Assembly: GCA_029717555.1 (NCBI GenBank)
Contig: JAMDHS010000012.1
Coordinates: 62,001-126,000, forward strand
From: Peribolospora baueri
Taxonomy: Eukaryota
DNA: 64,000 nt
Direction: 5' to 3'
Shown: one piece after another, positions 12,774-26,716 of the stretch
Position numbering within the stretch: the first letter of the stretch is position 1
Layout: each line of letters begins with the position of its first letter
Notes under the pieces: model-generated
The model's database searches: none
Told to the model about the DNA's origin: nothing
Seen by the model: the letters and a program-made list of their open reading frames with translations, nothing else
Translations under genes and position numbers: made by a program

Positions 12774-14456
12774 GTGAGATGAGCATGGCCTCGAGAAACG
12801 ACGTTTAAAACAGCATTTACAAGTTGAAGATAAGAAAAGGTCACCGTGAGCGACTGTCGTCGGTTTTCTGCCGCTCCTGGCCGCCTTGACATTTTATTGT
12901 CGTTCGCACCCGATCTCCTTCTTGTGAGCAGCTTTGGAGCTCACGCTTCAAACTTTGAAAAAAGACGGGCCGGAAGGTGGTGTGGAGAGTTTGTGGGTCA
13001 TCGCTCACGACCCGGAGAATCTTTTCATCCGACCTGAGCGGGAGGGTAAAGAAAGGACCTTGTCATATGCACGGGTGAGATGGGCGCGGCCGGCCCGGTT
13101 GGCTGTTGAGAGCTCATGCTTGTTGCGGGTGCGTACAGCGCCTTTGGGTTGAGTGTCGCGTTCGGAAGCGCGATGCAGTGCGCAAAGGTCATTTGGGTCT
13201 GCGAAACGAGATGGACGGCGAAACGCCTCAGCCTGGAACGGAGTGTACACATGCTCCTTCGATCCCTTAGGCCGTGGGTCAGTCACCCCCCGTGGATCCT
13301 GACAATTAAATCTCGGACAAAACGTCGATTTGGAGGCTCAATCCGCGAGCATATCCATCGTCGCTTAATCGGACTCCTTTTCCGAACCTCTGTTGTGCCA
13401 ATCATCAGAATCACCGTTTTACGGTGTAGCGACGAACGGTGCCAAAGGGAGGTGCCGGCGCAACTCAGCTAGGGCGTCCTAAACTCTGTCGTTTATTATC
13501 ACACGGATGAAGACGAAGTTAGCCACGTCCATATTACCTGGCGGATCACCTTGGGCGGCGGCGATTCGTCGACCAGATGAACTGTGGAACGGCTTCGGGT
13601 CTTTAATTTAAGCGCGGCCGTCACCGAGACTGGCAGCTCTGTGCCCGAGTGGGGTCTCCGAAAAGCCGACGCAGTAAGACGTAATCTAGGCTCCATGCTC
13701 CCGGTGGTGCGTTTGGAAAGGCCGGGACGGGTCGCGTGTTCGTTCGATTCGTCCTTTTGTTCTTTCTCTCTGTCTGTCTTGTGGCTGCGGTCGAACGCGT
13801 TTCCGCTCGCGCAAGCAGGATCGTTGTTTCCCTGCACCCTTGCACCCGACTGGCCATACACTGACTTTCGGAAAGCAAATTCTGGTATGAGCTGGCCGGT
13901 GGTAGATCTGTCAGGCGGACGGGAAGTCACTTGGTCTCAGGTGAGCACGGAACGCGCTCTCACGAAAGGAAAGCTCCGGAGCCGTCAGCGGGCGAGACAG
14001 ACAACCTAACACTAGCTTACTTACACATGTTGCACGGTGGGGATGTGAGCTAGGGACGACCTCGTAGAAGTTAACTAGGATGGGCTCTAACGTTCTCTTA
14101 TGGAACCTCTGCCTTGTATGCCCGACAGCTCCGTTGGCTGAGCTGCCCGATCTGCTAAGTGTCACTATCTGCCCGACACCCTCCCTCGTTTCAGGCTTGT
14201 CGATAATCAAGTGCGCGCCCCAACTACAGCTCCATCGTTGCATTTGCATTCCTCCTTTCTTTGTCCATTGCCTGCTTGAAGCTTCAGCAGGATATGCTTC
14301 ACCAAGCATAGCCAGCTTCTACAAAACGCACGAGACGAGCGTAGAGAGAGAGACACGCTGTTGCTGCGGCAAGATCGAATGTGAACTTTCCCGACGCTTG
14401 GTATCTCATTGCCGCCATCGAACCAACACCTCTCCGACTCGTGAACTCAGCAAGAA

Positions 14457-17325
14457 ATGCCGCCGACGCCATCCCACAGGGCGAGCAGGGTCAACCTCGA
14501 CCCGTCCGACGACGAAGAGGACGAAGCATTGCTTGCTTTTGTCCAGGCTTCCAAGTCCTCGCGAACCGGTCCTGACGCCGAAAGGGCACGCGAGCTGGAG
14601 CAGGCCAAGATGGCCCAGTTCGAGCGCGGCGTGAACAAAAAGAGCCGGTTCCAGAGGGAGAAGGAGGAGCGCGAGGCGAAGAAGAAGAGGGAGGAGGAGG
14701 AGGCGAGCAAGGCTTTCAAGGAATTTGTTGAGGCCTTCGGAGAAGGCAGTGGCAAGGCCGGTGGGACGGCGGCCAAGCCTAAGGGCTTCGTCCGCGCTGG
14801 TGGAGCCGGTAAGCAGTTGCCTAGTCGGCACTCTCCGTTCGACGTGTCCCTCTTCCGCTCCACCTTGATTTTCTCGGTCCGCTAAAAGTCATCTCGTCGA
14901 TGGCCATCGCTGAGGATCCGTCAGACGGTGCCCCTGGCGAAGCATACGTTCCGCCCAATCGTCCTAGCGCTAGCAAAACAGCAAGCAAACCCACCCTTTC
15001 CATGTTCGCCGATGACGACGAGCCGGTGTGTCTCTGCTTTGTTCCTTTCACTTCCACCTGTTGGGTACCTATCCAACCTCGCACAATCCCGTCCGACTCT
15101 TACAGGAGAATAAACCGGCGCCGAAGGAGCCACCGGGAAAGCGCAAGCGCGCGATCGACTCTTTCCTAGAGGAACTTCAGCGCGATCAAGCGGAACGGGA
15201 AGAAAGGCTCAAGTCAAAGTTGGCGCAAAGTGAGTTCTACCGGTCCGCATTTCGGCTCTCTCATCCTCCAGCTGAATGCCACTGGTCTCTGCACAGACCG
15301 CGACGGAACACCTCAGTCGATTAGTGCTCTCGCAGGTGAGCCCTTTTCGCTGTTTCTTCCTTCTTTTCACGAATGGCTAAGATGTTCCATTATGCGTTTG
15401 ATAGCTTTTGAATCGCAGCGCCTAGGCTCACGCGACCTTGGCGACCCGCTCACCACGAACCTATGCGTTCTCAATTTGCCCGCCAACATCTCGGAACAAG
15501 TTTTGGGCATGTTCTTTGCAAAGTATGGTCCTATCGGAAGTGTCAAGGTAAGTTGAAGCCGGTTCCATGTAGCTGCGTCATGGTAAGGGCGCTTATGATA
15601 GCTCTGTCACCGTGTCACGTCTCCGTATGCAGATTATGTGGCCGCGTGGAGATGATTTCACCCTCGGCGGCGCGGGCGCAGGGATCACGGCCTTCCGCCG
15701 GGATCGCTCAGCTGGCCTTACCGGCTTCGTGAGCTTCATGAAGCGTAAAGATGCCGAGTACGCGCTCAAGGAGACAGACGGCATAAACTGGGGCGGCAGC
15801 GTCCTCAAAGTGGGCTGGGGGAAGGCCATGCCCTTACCCCCCGTGCCGGTCTATGGTGAGCGAATGTGCGGTTTTCGTCGCTTCTCCTGCTGCACACGTC
15901 TAATAGCAGGCAATGGTCTCTTCGCGTGACGCCCCAGTTCTATCCGAGTCTCGTCCGTCTCGTTCTAGATCGCGTTCTCCAAAGCGACACCGTCGTTCAT
16001 CGCGCTCGACGTCTCCTCATCGCGGAGAGCGCGAGTGGCGGCTGCGATCCAAATCGCCTCGAGCTCGTTTCATGTCGAGCTTGAAGATTGATCCAGAGGT
16101 CGAAAAGGTGGTTCGAGCCGTCGCTGCTCGGGTCAAGGAGCATGGCAGGGCTTTCGAAGAAATGGTCCGAGAACGGGAAAAGAACAACGACAAGTTCAAA
16201 TTCCTTAGGGATGAAGAAGTACGTCCTCCATTTATATCGACGGATCGCCTGTCGGTCGCCCCCGCCGACCATCAATTCTTCTCTTGCCCACAGCTTCCAG
16301 AGTACCACCTTTTCAGACTACTTATTGATCACCGCTATCGTCCGCCCTCGCCTCCGCCTGAATTGTTCGACGACGAGGTACGTGCTCGATTTGACGTCTG
16401 AACGAGCTTAATTTGGAGATGGCGATTCACTCTCCACATGTCGCCTTCGCGCAGGGCTACGCTTCCTTGTACTCGACCGACTCTGCTGAGGAGTCAGAGC
16501 GCGAGCGCGTTCGAAGGGGTAACCTGGGCAGGCTTGCGCGCAAGAGGTTCGAGGCGATGCTTAGGAGCATCACTCTCCGCCGAGAGCGGATCGCGAAAGC
16601 AATGTCGTTCGCGTTGGAGCATGCCGACGCTGCCGATGCGGTGAGCGTCTTCTGGCAGAACCCTGCTTGGCGCATGCGTGGAAATTAAATGCTTACCTCT
16701 TGATCGTCTCCAATGGGCGCTGGGCGAACCAAAGGTCGCTGATGTGCTCATCCAGTCACTCGCCTTGCCTTCCACGCCTGTACCACGCAAGATCTCGCGT
16801 CTCTACGTCGTGTCGGACATCCTCCACAACGCCGCGTCCGTCCCCGCGGCTTGGAAGTATCGGCAGGCCTTTGAGGCTCGCCTTCCGATTGTCTTCGACC
16901 ATTTCAACGCCATCTATCGTTCCTTCCCTGGTCGGATTAAGGCGGAACAGTTCAGACGGCAGATCACTGCCGTGCTAGAAGTCTGGGATGCCTGGCTGAT
17001 TTTCCCGCCGGCTACGCTTGACGACCTCAACGCTCGGCTTGTAGGCGCTGGCTTCGTCGGTGGCGAAGACGAAGGGAATGTCGAGGCGTTTTCGGCGGCC
17101 CCTGCGGAGGCGCAAAACGCGGAGGAGAAGCCCCCGCCGGTGGGCTTCAAACCGGCGGGCTTCAAGGCCGCGGCGTTTCAACCGGCCACGGCACCATCAG
17201 CGGATGATGACGAAGATGTGGATGGCGAGGCGATGGAGGACGTGGACGGAGAGGCGATGGAGGACGTGGATGGCGAAGCTATGGACGAAGGCGACGAGGA
17301 CATCGACGGCGTGGCCATGTCTTGA
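14457..17325 (+). CDS. U2SURP: U2 snRNP-associated SURP-motif protein (SR140/U2SURP), multi-exon
   Basis: RRM (TTNLCVLNLPANISEQVLGMFFAKYGPIGSVK-IMWPR; GFVSFMKRKDAEYAL..LKVGWGKA), RS-rich stretch, SURP (VAARVKEHGRAFEEMVREREK), CID (KISRLYVVSDILHNA) and acidic DVDGEAME tail. Canonical introns join the ORF fragments. Confidence 0.9.
17214..17321 (+). repeat. 24-nt coding tandem repeat (DVDGEAME units) at the U2SURP C-terminus
   Basis: gtggatggcgaggcgatggaggac / gtggacggagaggcgatggaggac / gtggatggcgaagctatggac. Confidence 0.75.
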
Positions 17326-17584
17326 TCCGAGCTCTCGTTGTCCACGTACTTTGCCTGCCTCAGTGCACTCGTTAAGGTATATATAAGCTACTCGACGCGC
17401 TCTCAGCGGACCGAATGACCAAGTCTCGGAGCCTCTGATTTTAGAGGGTTATGAGCCCAGTTGGCACTCAAGGAGGAGTCCTCGACGATGGGTTAGGGTT
17501 TTCATGTCACCCCCACTTGAAAGACGGCCTTGCAAGTCTGAGAAGTGCAAGTCTGGGAAGTGGAGCGCGCAGGATTTACAAGCA

Positions 17585-19817
17585 TCATCCCCCACCATCG
17601 TCGACAGCCCCGCCATAAATGATCCTGGTGACGACGAACGCGGCCGATACACACATCGCGTAGAGGGGCGAGGCGAAGTAGCAGTACATGAGCTGAACCC
17701 AAAAAAGTGGAGTTGGGATGGTCAGTGCGTTCGTTGGAGAGATGCCCTCTGGAGGGAGCTAAATTTCGGTCAGTGGGCTCACCAGACGAGTGATGGTAGC
17801 ATCCTCTTCCTCTGAGACATGAGCGAGTGACGCGACCTGGAAAGACAAAAGTACGAGATGGAAACACGAGACCATGAACGGCCGGCTGCTTATTAGGCTA
17901 GAGACATCGCAGTTGAGATGGTGGGAACATACCGCCGCGAGTGTGATGGCCGGGGGGCCAGCTGGTGCAATGGAGAGCACAAAATCGAGCGCTGGATCGC
18001 GGCGGAAGAGGCGAGGGGAGAGGTGGCGCAGCGTCCAGACCGAGCCGATAGAAAGTGCGGACATGAGGAAGAAGCGGCAGGCGATGAGGATCGTCACCGT
18101 GGTCGCGGAGATGCTAGCGGAGCTGCATCCGTTCCAAATCAAAAAAAAAAAGGTGAGGGGAGGTTAAGATGAATTGAGGCGTGGATAAAGTAAACATTCG
18201 ACGTTTCACGCACGTTTCGCGGGAAAGCTTGCCACCAAGCACGAACGCCTGTGTGGCACTGAACAACATGCCAATACTCTCTATACTGTCCGTCACTGTC
18301 GACCTGAGCGGAGCATCGGGCTCGACAAAGAGTTGGCGAAGAGGCGGTACCAAGCCGAAGAGGATGGCGAGCAAGCCGGCAAGTAAAGGAGGATTGAGAT
18401 GACGTTCGAAAAAGCTCTTCACTGCTTGCCATCTGTGGGCCCAACCTGCTGGAGAGGAACGTGGGCCGGGGGATGCCTGCCCTGAGGGGAGCCGCAAAGG
18501 GAGGGACATGGGCGACGTGGGCGGTGTTAAGGGGCTCCACAGATCGGTTACAAGCCTGCCTAGGTCTGTCGTCGACCTTGACACGGAGTGCCACGGGGTG
18601 GGCACAACGAGAGGGGTGCCATGGCTCAGCATCTCGGACTCTCCGCCCGGTGGCAACGGCTCATATTGATCAAGCGGCAGCCTGGCAAAGTCGTCCTCAG
18701 ACAAGGGGCTCCGTGATGATAATTGTCCAGAAATACTTGCGGCGTCGGTATAGGAATGAGAGCGCTGGAGAAGAGGCGATTCTTCATTCACCACTAGCCT
18801 CGAGGTTGGCGGTATGACTGGCGGGGACGGGTGTTGGCTATCGGGTCGTTGGGTCGTCGGGAGCGCTGGCGTGCCGCGCCGGGATGAGCGATGGCTCACG
18901 GACCGTCGGCCGGTCATGAGGTGAGGTCCAATGGCGAATCTAACCTCTCGAGAAGAGGGACGTCGGTGTCAAAGCTCAAGAAGTCACCCGCCCTGTTGGG
19001 TCCCCGAACGAAGGCGAGACTAGAAACTGGCGTTGAGGTGAGGTTTCGAACTCACTTGAAAATGTTCTGCACCAAAGAATTGATCAAGATGTATGTTCTG
19101 GTCCGTGTCAAAACGGCATCCACCGTGTCGTCGGGACCACAACGGAGAACGTCTAACTTGCCCATCTTGGACAGAGACTGGACTAAGAGAATCGGCAGGG
19201 CGGTAGACTGGTAGATATGCGAGGGCGAGGGCGATCTATTCAGCCTTATCAACCCACCACTTCCGTCTTGGACCCAACAAAGAAAGGCACAGCTCACATT
19301 ATTGAACACGAGTGCGATCGGTAGCCATGCGGGCATGCCTGCCCATCTGCGCAAGGCAAGGCCGAGGCACATGGGCACGCTCATGTAAAAGATGCAGAAC
19401 GCTGGGATGATCCAGTATGACATGAGGTTTGACGGCGTCACCTGTTCTGCGATCTCTGAGAACAGCAGCGCAGGCAGGTAGATCGAGGCGCATAGGGCAT
19501 TGATGTTCTGCGATGCGGGCGGGCGGATGACGGGACAGGCATGTGGAGTAGGTCCAGACATCAGAAGAGAGAGAAACGACGAAACACGCGCGCTCACCCG
19601 CTCTCCTTCGGCCGTCAGCCAGTTGCGTTTCCGAGCGATGAAGCCATACAGCATGACCAGCAGGGCCGAAATCGAAGCCTGAAGGGGACGACGAACAAGC
19701 GAACACCCAGGTCAGCAAACACGAACTAGGTTATTTTTTTTAACCGAGCGCCCTCCCGCAAAAGACGCTCACGCCCGCCGAAGCTCGCACAGTTCCGAAT
19801 ACCGTCTTCTTGTCCAT
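17585..19817 (-). CDS. Auxin efflux carrier / PILS-like membrane transport protein, multi-exon
   Basis: Spliced product MDKKTVFGTVRASAG-ASISALLVMLYGFIAR..INALCASIYLPALLFSEI..ALVFNN-STALPILLVQSL..YILINSLVQNIFKFAIGP, a Ser/Pro loop, LNPPLLAGLLAILFGLVPPL, FVLGGKL, GPPAITLAA, and last exon LMYCYFASPLYAMCVSAAFVVTRIIYG..TGA. Confidence 0.8.
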
Positions 19818-20570
19818 GCATGGAGTTATGCTGCTGCAAGACGCTGGCTCCCTGGAGGGAAAAAAGGTGTGGGGGGGGGAAAAAGGTCAGCTAGGACCCA
19901 TCGGCGACGTCCGTTGTTTTTTGTCGTGCGCGCATGCGCTTATTCAGTACTCGGCGCGTCTGCGGGGGGCTCGGGGGGAAGGCATCGGCAAGGACAGACG
20001 ATGCCGTAGCATGATGTTCGACTTTTTTTTTCTTAGTCTGTCTCAAGCGTTACGTAGGGGTTGTTCAGTCAGGGAGTTGAGTGAGTGAGTGAATCGAGTG
20101 TGAAAAAGAGCATGGTTGATATGGCTTGGTAAGAGGAGGGAACAGACCTGAGACCGCACTGCAACGACGAGCATGGGGAAGCAAGCAGGGAGAAGTAGAG
20201 CCGCCGGCCGAAACGTCGACGCGGGGATAGGAGCCGGACGACTCGTCACGTGTGCATAGGCACAACAAAAACCCACACCGCATCCAGGATAATGCAATGC
20301 GAATTCTTTTCATGGTTGCGGTCCCGCTGGGCGGGCGAACGACGAGGTGAGGTGACATGGCATGACGGACGACACGGGACGGTGACACGCAGGGCGAGAC
20401 CGGAAAGGAGCGAAAGAAGGAAGATGGGAATAAGCAAGGTGGGTGGGTGGATGAGTGGGGTGGCACGAGTCGAAGGACGAGCGGTAGCGATTAGGCGGGG
20501 ACACGATGATGACGACGATGACGACGATGACGATGATGCCGACGACGACGATGACAAAAGAGGGAGGGGA

Positions 20571-23500
20571 TCATGATCGGCGGACAGACTTGGCCTGTTT
20601 GACAAGCAACTCCTTGGCGGCCAACACAGCCTGCCGGGACCCGCGAACGAGGATGAGACCGGTCGAGTTGCGGGGCACCTCCACCTCTGCGCCCGATTCG
20701 GCTTGTACGCTCGACAGACCTGCCCCTCCGCGGCCGATGATCCTCGGAATGGCCGAGCGTTCGACGATCAGCTTACCCGTGCAGCTCGCTCCCTCGGCGC
20801 GCTTCATCGCGCTCTCGATTCGTTTTCGCGCCCCTTCCACGCCTTCCCGGTCTCGGCCCGTGAGCGTCCACTCGATGACGGTCTGATCGCCCTCCGCCGC
20901 CGCCGACGGCTCGTCCTCCTCTTCCAACTCCCAGGACATGTCGTCCTCATCGCCTCGCTCCTCCTCATCCGCGTCGATACGGGCGGCGGTGGCGGACACT
21001 TCATTCGCGCCGCTCCCGTTTGCCGTCGTCGCCTTTTTCTTCTCCGGCTTGGGCACCTTGGGATGATCGACGTTGACTTGGTGCTCGATGCGGAGCGTGC
21101 GGAACAGCAGCGGCGTGCCAACCTTGTGGTGAAGGGAGACGGGCATGGAGAGGGTGTCCGAGGCGGACGGGTGAGACTCGGCCACATCTGCGGCCGCCTT
21201 CTTGGCGTTTTCGAGCGCGCCGAGGATCTTCACGACGCTCTTCGGGTCCACGTTCGCCAGCTCGTCCGCGTTGGTAGGCTCGCCGGCCGACTCGTAGTCT
21301 CGCCAGGTGGGGAGGAAGAGCCGCACCTCGTGTTTGGCCTGAAGCTCCTGGAACCGGGAGCCACCGCGGCCGACGAGGGCGCGCTGCTGCGAAGGGGCGA
21401 CGACGATGCCGTAGACGACGCGCTCGGAGAGGGCTTTGGCGGCCGCCTCCAGCTCGTCCTTGATCTTGGTGGCCAATTCGCGAGGGCCGCGGACGACGAC
21501 TCTGTCCATCTCCTTATCGCCTCGTCGCGGGAAGAGGACGAGCTGAGAGGAAGCGCGGGCGTCGGAGGGACCGCCAGCCTTGACGACAAGGTCCCGAATA
21601 GCCGAACCTCCGGCACCGATGAGGGTACGGTGGTGGGCAGGGTCGATGGTGATGACGAACGAGGCCTCGCCGTCGACCTCCTTAGCAATGGCCACGATCT
21701 TGTCCTTGGCCGCCGCGATGGCCTTCTTGGTTCCGCGCAGCTTGATGGTCGTCACGCCGGCCTTGTCGCCGTCGCGGTCAACGTCGATCTGCGCCTCGGT
21801 CTCCTCGCGGATCTGATTGATGTTCGCGCCGCCCTTGCCCATGATCCGGGCCACGCTCTTTGTGCTCACGGGCACCTCAACCACGTTGTTGTGCTCCTTC
21901 TCATACTCCAGCAGCTCCATCAGCTCAGCCTTGGCGCCCGCCACGCCCTTCTTCCCGCCCTTGATCACCACTTCGTCCGCCTTCTGAGCCGAACCACCAC
22001 CGGCGCCAGCACTGCTGGCGTCCCCGTTGGCGCTGCGGTCCTTGGGAAAGTTAATCCGGACGGAGTAAGTCTCCTGCAGCCTCGTGACGTACTTGCCGCC
22101 AGAGCCGATCATGCTCGCATGAAGGTGAGCGGGGATATTAACCGTCGCCGTCGTCTCGTCGGCCAGGCGCTCGACCTGCGTTTGGATGCGCCTCTGCGCC
22201 TCCTGGACGGCCTCTTTGCGGCCCGTCAGCGTCACCTTGGTCTTGGCCGCGCTCGCTTTCTTTTTGGACGCCGCGCTGGCGCCGGTGCCAGCAGGCTTGC
22301 CTCCGCGGACGTCTTCGGCAGGCTCACTGAAATCAACGCGGACGCCGAGCTCGTTACGCAGCTTGGTGACCGTGGCACCGCCCTTGCCGACGAGGTGGGG
22401 CACGTGAGACGCGTCGATGGAGAGCTCGGCGACGTGACCGTTGACGATGGCGTCTTGCTCCGCCTCGTCTGCGATGCGCCGGATCTCCTTGGCCACGCGC
22501 TCGACCTCTATGCTTGGCCCGCGAATCACCACCTCATCCTCTCCAACCGGCTTGGCGCCCTTGGGAGGGGCGGGCGAGCCGGCCTTGGGCCGGCCGACCT
22601 TGATGGAGACGAGGCGCTCCTCTCCGATGAGCGCGTTGAGCGTCGTACCGTTGGGGCCGATGATGTGTCGGTGGTGCTTGGCGTGCACGGTCAGCGTCTC
22701 GGTGCGAATGTCGGCGACGTCCTTGGCGAGTTCGAGGAGCTCCTGTCGGACGCCGTTAAGAATCTCTTGCACCTTGGCGTCCCGCGCCTTGCGGTCGTTC
22801 GGCAGCTGAGACGTCACGGCCGGGCTGGCGAGGACGAGGAGGACGTCGTCGCGGTCCTCGCCCTCGGAAGGGAAGACAATGTCGACGCCGGTGCTCTCAA
22901 ACTTTTTGAGGTTCTGCCCCTTGCGACCGATGAGGAAGCGGTGCAGGAGCGACTCGATCTCGACGGTGGAGACGAACGTAGGCGGGACGGACTTGACGAG
23001 GGCCATGATATCCCCTCGGACCTTGGACACCTCGGCGTGGTCCGCACCGACGATCTCAATCACGATCTGGCCCAACGTCTCGATGGCCGCCGGCCGAGGC
23101 GGGTAGACCTGGACGCCCTGGACGCGAGGAAGCTTGCCGTTGCGGACGAGCCAGCGGAGAAGATTCTTTCCGTACGAAAGCGGGTCGTAGGTGCCGTAAG
23201 CGGAGCGGTGAGCAGAGGTGAGATCGACGGTCTCCACCTGCATCTTGTTCGCCTTCTCCATGACCGCCTGGAGACCGGTGGGCAGGCTCGACTGGGGCCC
23301 GCGGAGGGTGACCGAGTCGGAAGGGTCGTCGATGGGAGCGAGCTCGATCGAGCAGCCGGTGGCCGCCAAGACGTCGTTGGCACCGTCTCCGACGAGGAAG
23401 CGATGCTGTCTCTTCGGGCAGCTGATGGTGAGCGTTCGCAGAGTGCGCTTCAGCTCATCGTGCAGGGCGTCAATGGCCTCGACGACCTTGCCGACGGCGT

Positions 23501-24814
23501 CCCTGTCTCCGGAGACGACGATGGCGAGATCCTTCTCCCTCCTTTGTTTGTCCTCTTCGCCTTCCTCCTCTCCACCGGGAGCGGGATGGCTCAAGAACGC
23601 GGCGCGAGGTGGGACGCGGACGCTGACGACGCCCTGGCCCTCCTCCTGCTCGAGCCTGGCGGCGTTGGCGCCCTTGGGACCGGCGATGAAGGGGTAGTAC
23701 TCGTGACCGATGTGGGTGAGGCGGGTCGTGATCTTGCTCGTGCGCTCGTTGACGATGGCCTGGATGAGCGACTGGGCTTCCTTGGCGTGGATCTCGTCGC
23801 CTTCGATGGTGATCGCGATCTGTGCCTCGTCCTCGAGTAGGTCGTCCGACGGGGCTGCTGCTGCCGGCTTGGCCTCCTCGGCGGGGTCGCGGGGCGGGAT
23901 GTGAATCCGGACGCCGGTCTGGTCAATGATCTGCTTGAGGTTGCGACCTGGTCCGAGCGCAGGCGATTGGAAAGGGAACGAAATTCAGCGTGGGCGCGCG
24001 CGCTTCACGTGGGGCGGTGGATCGGATCGGATAAGGAACGGCGACAACGATCTCCTCGCCTACACACCTTTAGAACCGATGATGTATGCACGAAGCGATG
24101 CGGGTACGTTGAGCGAGAGGGTGACCTGTTGGAGATGAGGAACGAATAGCGGCACGTTAGAAAAGCTCTGCCACCGAAAAGCTTCGCAAACACTGACGTA
24201 GCAGTAGCGGCACTCACGTTCCTGGCGAGCTGGACCTGGAGCTCCTTCTTGGCCTTTTTGACGTCGGCCTCGTTGGCGCCCTTGATGACAAAGGTGGTGG
24301 AGCCGGTCTTGCGGGTCGTGCTCGCCTCGACGTGGGCCTTGGTGCGCTGCATGACCCTCTGCATGACGGCGCCGAGGCGGGGCAGGGCGTCTTCTGGAAT
24401 GGCGACGGTGAGCGTCTCGGAGTGGGATGCGCGCTGGATCACCGGTGTGGGCGAGCTCCAAGCGGGGGCGGCGGCGGGGGCTGCATGGCCGTTGGCGTGG
24501 CCGGCGGCAGGGGTGGAACGACCGGAGGCGGAGGCGAAGGTCGGCTTGGACTTGGCTCCCCACTTGGCGGGAGTGGCGGGAGCGGCGGCGGCGGCGAGAG
24601 AGGGGAAGGCGGCCTCGGAGGAGACGTCGAGAGGGGCGGCTGCTTCGGCGTTCCTGCGAGTGGACGAGGGGGCGTGACGGGGTTCGACGTCGTCGTCCTT
24701 GAGAGCCGGGAACGGATCCTCCATAGGCGCCTGGGCTTGGGCTTGGGCGGCGGAGGAGGAGGGAGCGCCTTGGTCGTGAAGACGGGCGAGGTCGGCAGCA
24801 GAGAGGGTTGCCAT
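20571..24814 (-). CDS. SCP160: Vigilin/Scp160 multi-KH-domain RNA-binding protein (3 exons)
   Basis: Exons 24814-24218, 24125-24068 and 23947-20571. Many KH GxxG loops (IIGSKG, FIAGPKG, LIGRKG, IIGPNG, LVGKGG, MIGSGG, IMGKGG, LIGAGG, LVGRGG, IIGRGG). N-terminal 'SEAAFPSL' motif. Confidence 0.92.
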
Positions 24815-26130
24815 GATGGCGGCGAGACGGCGGGGGGTACCTTGAGCAGTTGTGCGATGGCGACGGGTGCGACGAAGACGTGAGCTGGCTGCGCTCGAGC
24901 TCGCGAGTGAGGGCTACTCGGAGCGGGAGCGGACGACGGGGGACGAGGAGGAGGAGGAGGGGGAGTGGACGACCGCGAAGGGGCGTTGAGGGGAAGAAGG
25001 AAGGAGTGACGATGGCGAGTGGAGAGCGGCGGTGCTGGCGCCTCGACTCGACTGCCAACGCACTCGGCGCCGCAGCAGCTCCCCGGCCGGCGTCCTTGGC
25101 TGCCGGGCGAGTTAAAGGAGATTACAAAACGGCATTATCCCCTCGACCCACGTCCCTATTCGCCTTGTATTCCCGCCCGACGTCCGTCCGGCTCGGGTCG
25201 CACGAGGGATGAATGAGAGCGGCGAGGGAGGATGGATGGAGGACGGATTCGTTCCGACTACCACCATCATACATCATCATCCATTTTATCCTTTTCCACC
25301 CGTCCTCGTCCTTCTTCTCGCCGCCTTCCTTCCCACTGCCGTCCGCCGATGGTGCCTTGCCTTGTGTCGGCGGCGTATGTGGATCCGATATGTTGGAAAG
25401 AGTATGTAGTAGCGTGATCGCCGTGTGAATACAACGAGGCGTGGCCGAGAGAATGGGTGTCGCGGGGACGAGGGAGAGAAAGGGGACGAAGGGGAACGGG
25501 CCGAGAAAGGCAAGGCCGGCGTTGCCATCGCCGACGTCCTCGCTGTTCGCTCGCTGGCCGCCGGTGCGGGGGCGTGCGAGGCGGACAATGGATGTGGGAG
25601 GCCGTCTGTGGAAGGACATGGACCGCTCGGCTCGGCTTGCTTGGCGACGAGCACAAGCACGTCGTCTCGTGTCCGGCAGCGTGGCGTCTATACGACTGCG
25701 TTTCGTGGTCTCGCTTCGTTTGATCGCGTCGCCGTCGGATCGGTTCACCGTTGGCCGACGTCGGCGTCGTCGTCTTCGCCAGCGAGCCAGCGCGTAAGCC
25801 AGCGAACGAGACGGGACCACCCGAGTGAATCGATTCGGCTCGGCTCAACTGAACTGGAGGACGCCGTCGCCGTCGCCGCCGCTGTCGCCGTCGCCGTCGC
25901 TGTTGTGGATGATGAGCAAAGGCGGAGCGAGGACAAAGAGCGTCATCGTCTGCCACCGTCGCCGCCGCCCCGTGTCCGTCGTCGCTTTCGCTTCTTCCAC
26001 GCCGCCTCGCCAACCGGCTTCCTTCCTTTTCCCGTCCGCGTCGGCCGTCGTCCGCCGTTTCCGTCCCCGTCCCCGTTTTCCACCCGTCGCCATCCTCCTC
26101 TCCGCTCGTCGTCGTCGCCAGCCATCGCCA

Positions 26131-26163
<33 letters not shown>

Positions 26164-26716
26164 AGTCGCCCGTCGACGACGCCCACCATCCTCCCTCTTC
26201 TCTCCACCTCCTCCTCACCGCCGTCATCCGCGCGTGTCCACTCCCCCCTCACCCCATCCCTCCCTTCCGCTCCTCACCTCGCGACAACGTACATGGTCGC
26301 TCGGGCATCGCATACCACGGACACTCATACACCCCACCTCGCACATTCATCCCCTCCCCTCCCGCCTTCCCACCGCCTTCGCTCCCTTTCGCTCCCCTTT
26401 CCTTTCCCTCCTGCTCGCCCACCCACTTCGCTGCCGTCGTCAAGAGATAAGAGATGCAAGGTGAGAGTGAGACTACCGCCCGCTTCTCCGGCCTCTGCAC
26501 CTCGCCCGTTCCCGGACCGAAGCGCGAGCGCGCGTCTCCCTCTCGTCTCGTCTCCCTCTCGCTCACTGGTCGACCTCCCGCGCCGTTGCTTGTCCCCCCC
26601 GTCTTCCTCCAGACTCCACCATACACCCCGCCCCACCAGCACCACCACGGCTGACCGCCCACCCCGTCCCACTGCCGGCGCCAGGAGCACTCGCGGCCCA
26701 GAACGGCATCAAGAAG

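Noticed and set aside
17491..17500. GGTTAGGGTT telomere-like 10-mer (also CTAACCCT near 55570) as a telomerase RNA template or interstitial telomere
   Set aside because: Too short, and no supporting pseudoknot or repeat array seen; compatible with chance.
20703..23840. 1045-aa ORF antisense to SCP160
   Set aside because: Shadow ORF caused by GC-rich codon bias on the coding strand; no domain motifs; starts at a non-ATG codon.
24900..26700. Several 200-340 aa ORFs between SCP160 and CHD1
   Set aside because: Produced by (GTCGCC)n and C/T-rich leader sequence in a divergent promoter region; no domain signal.
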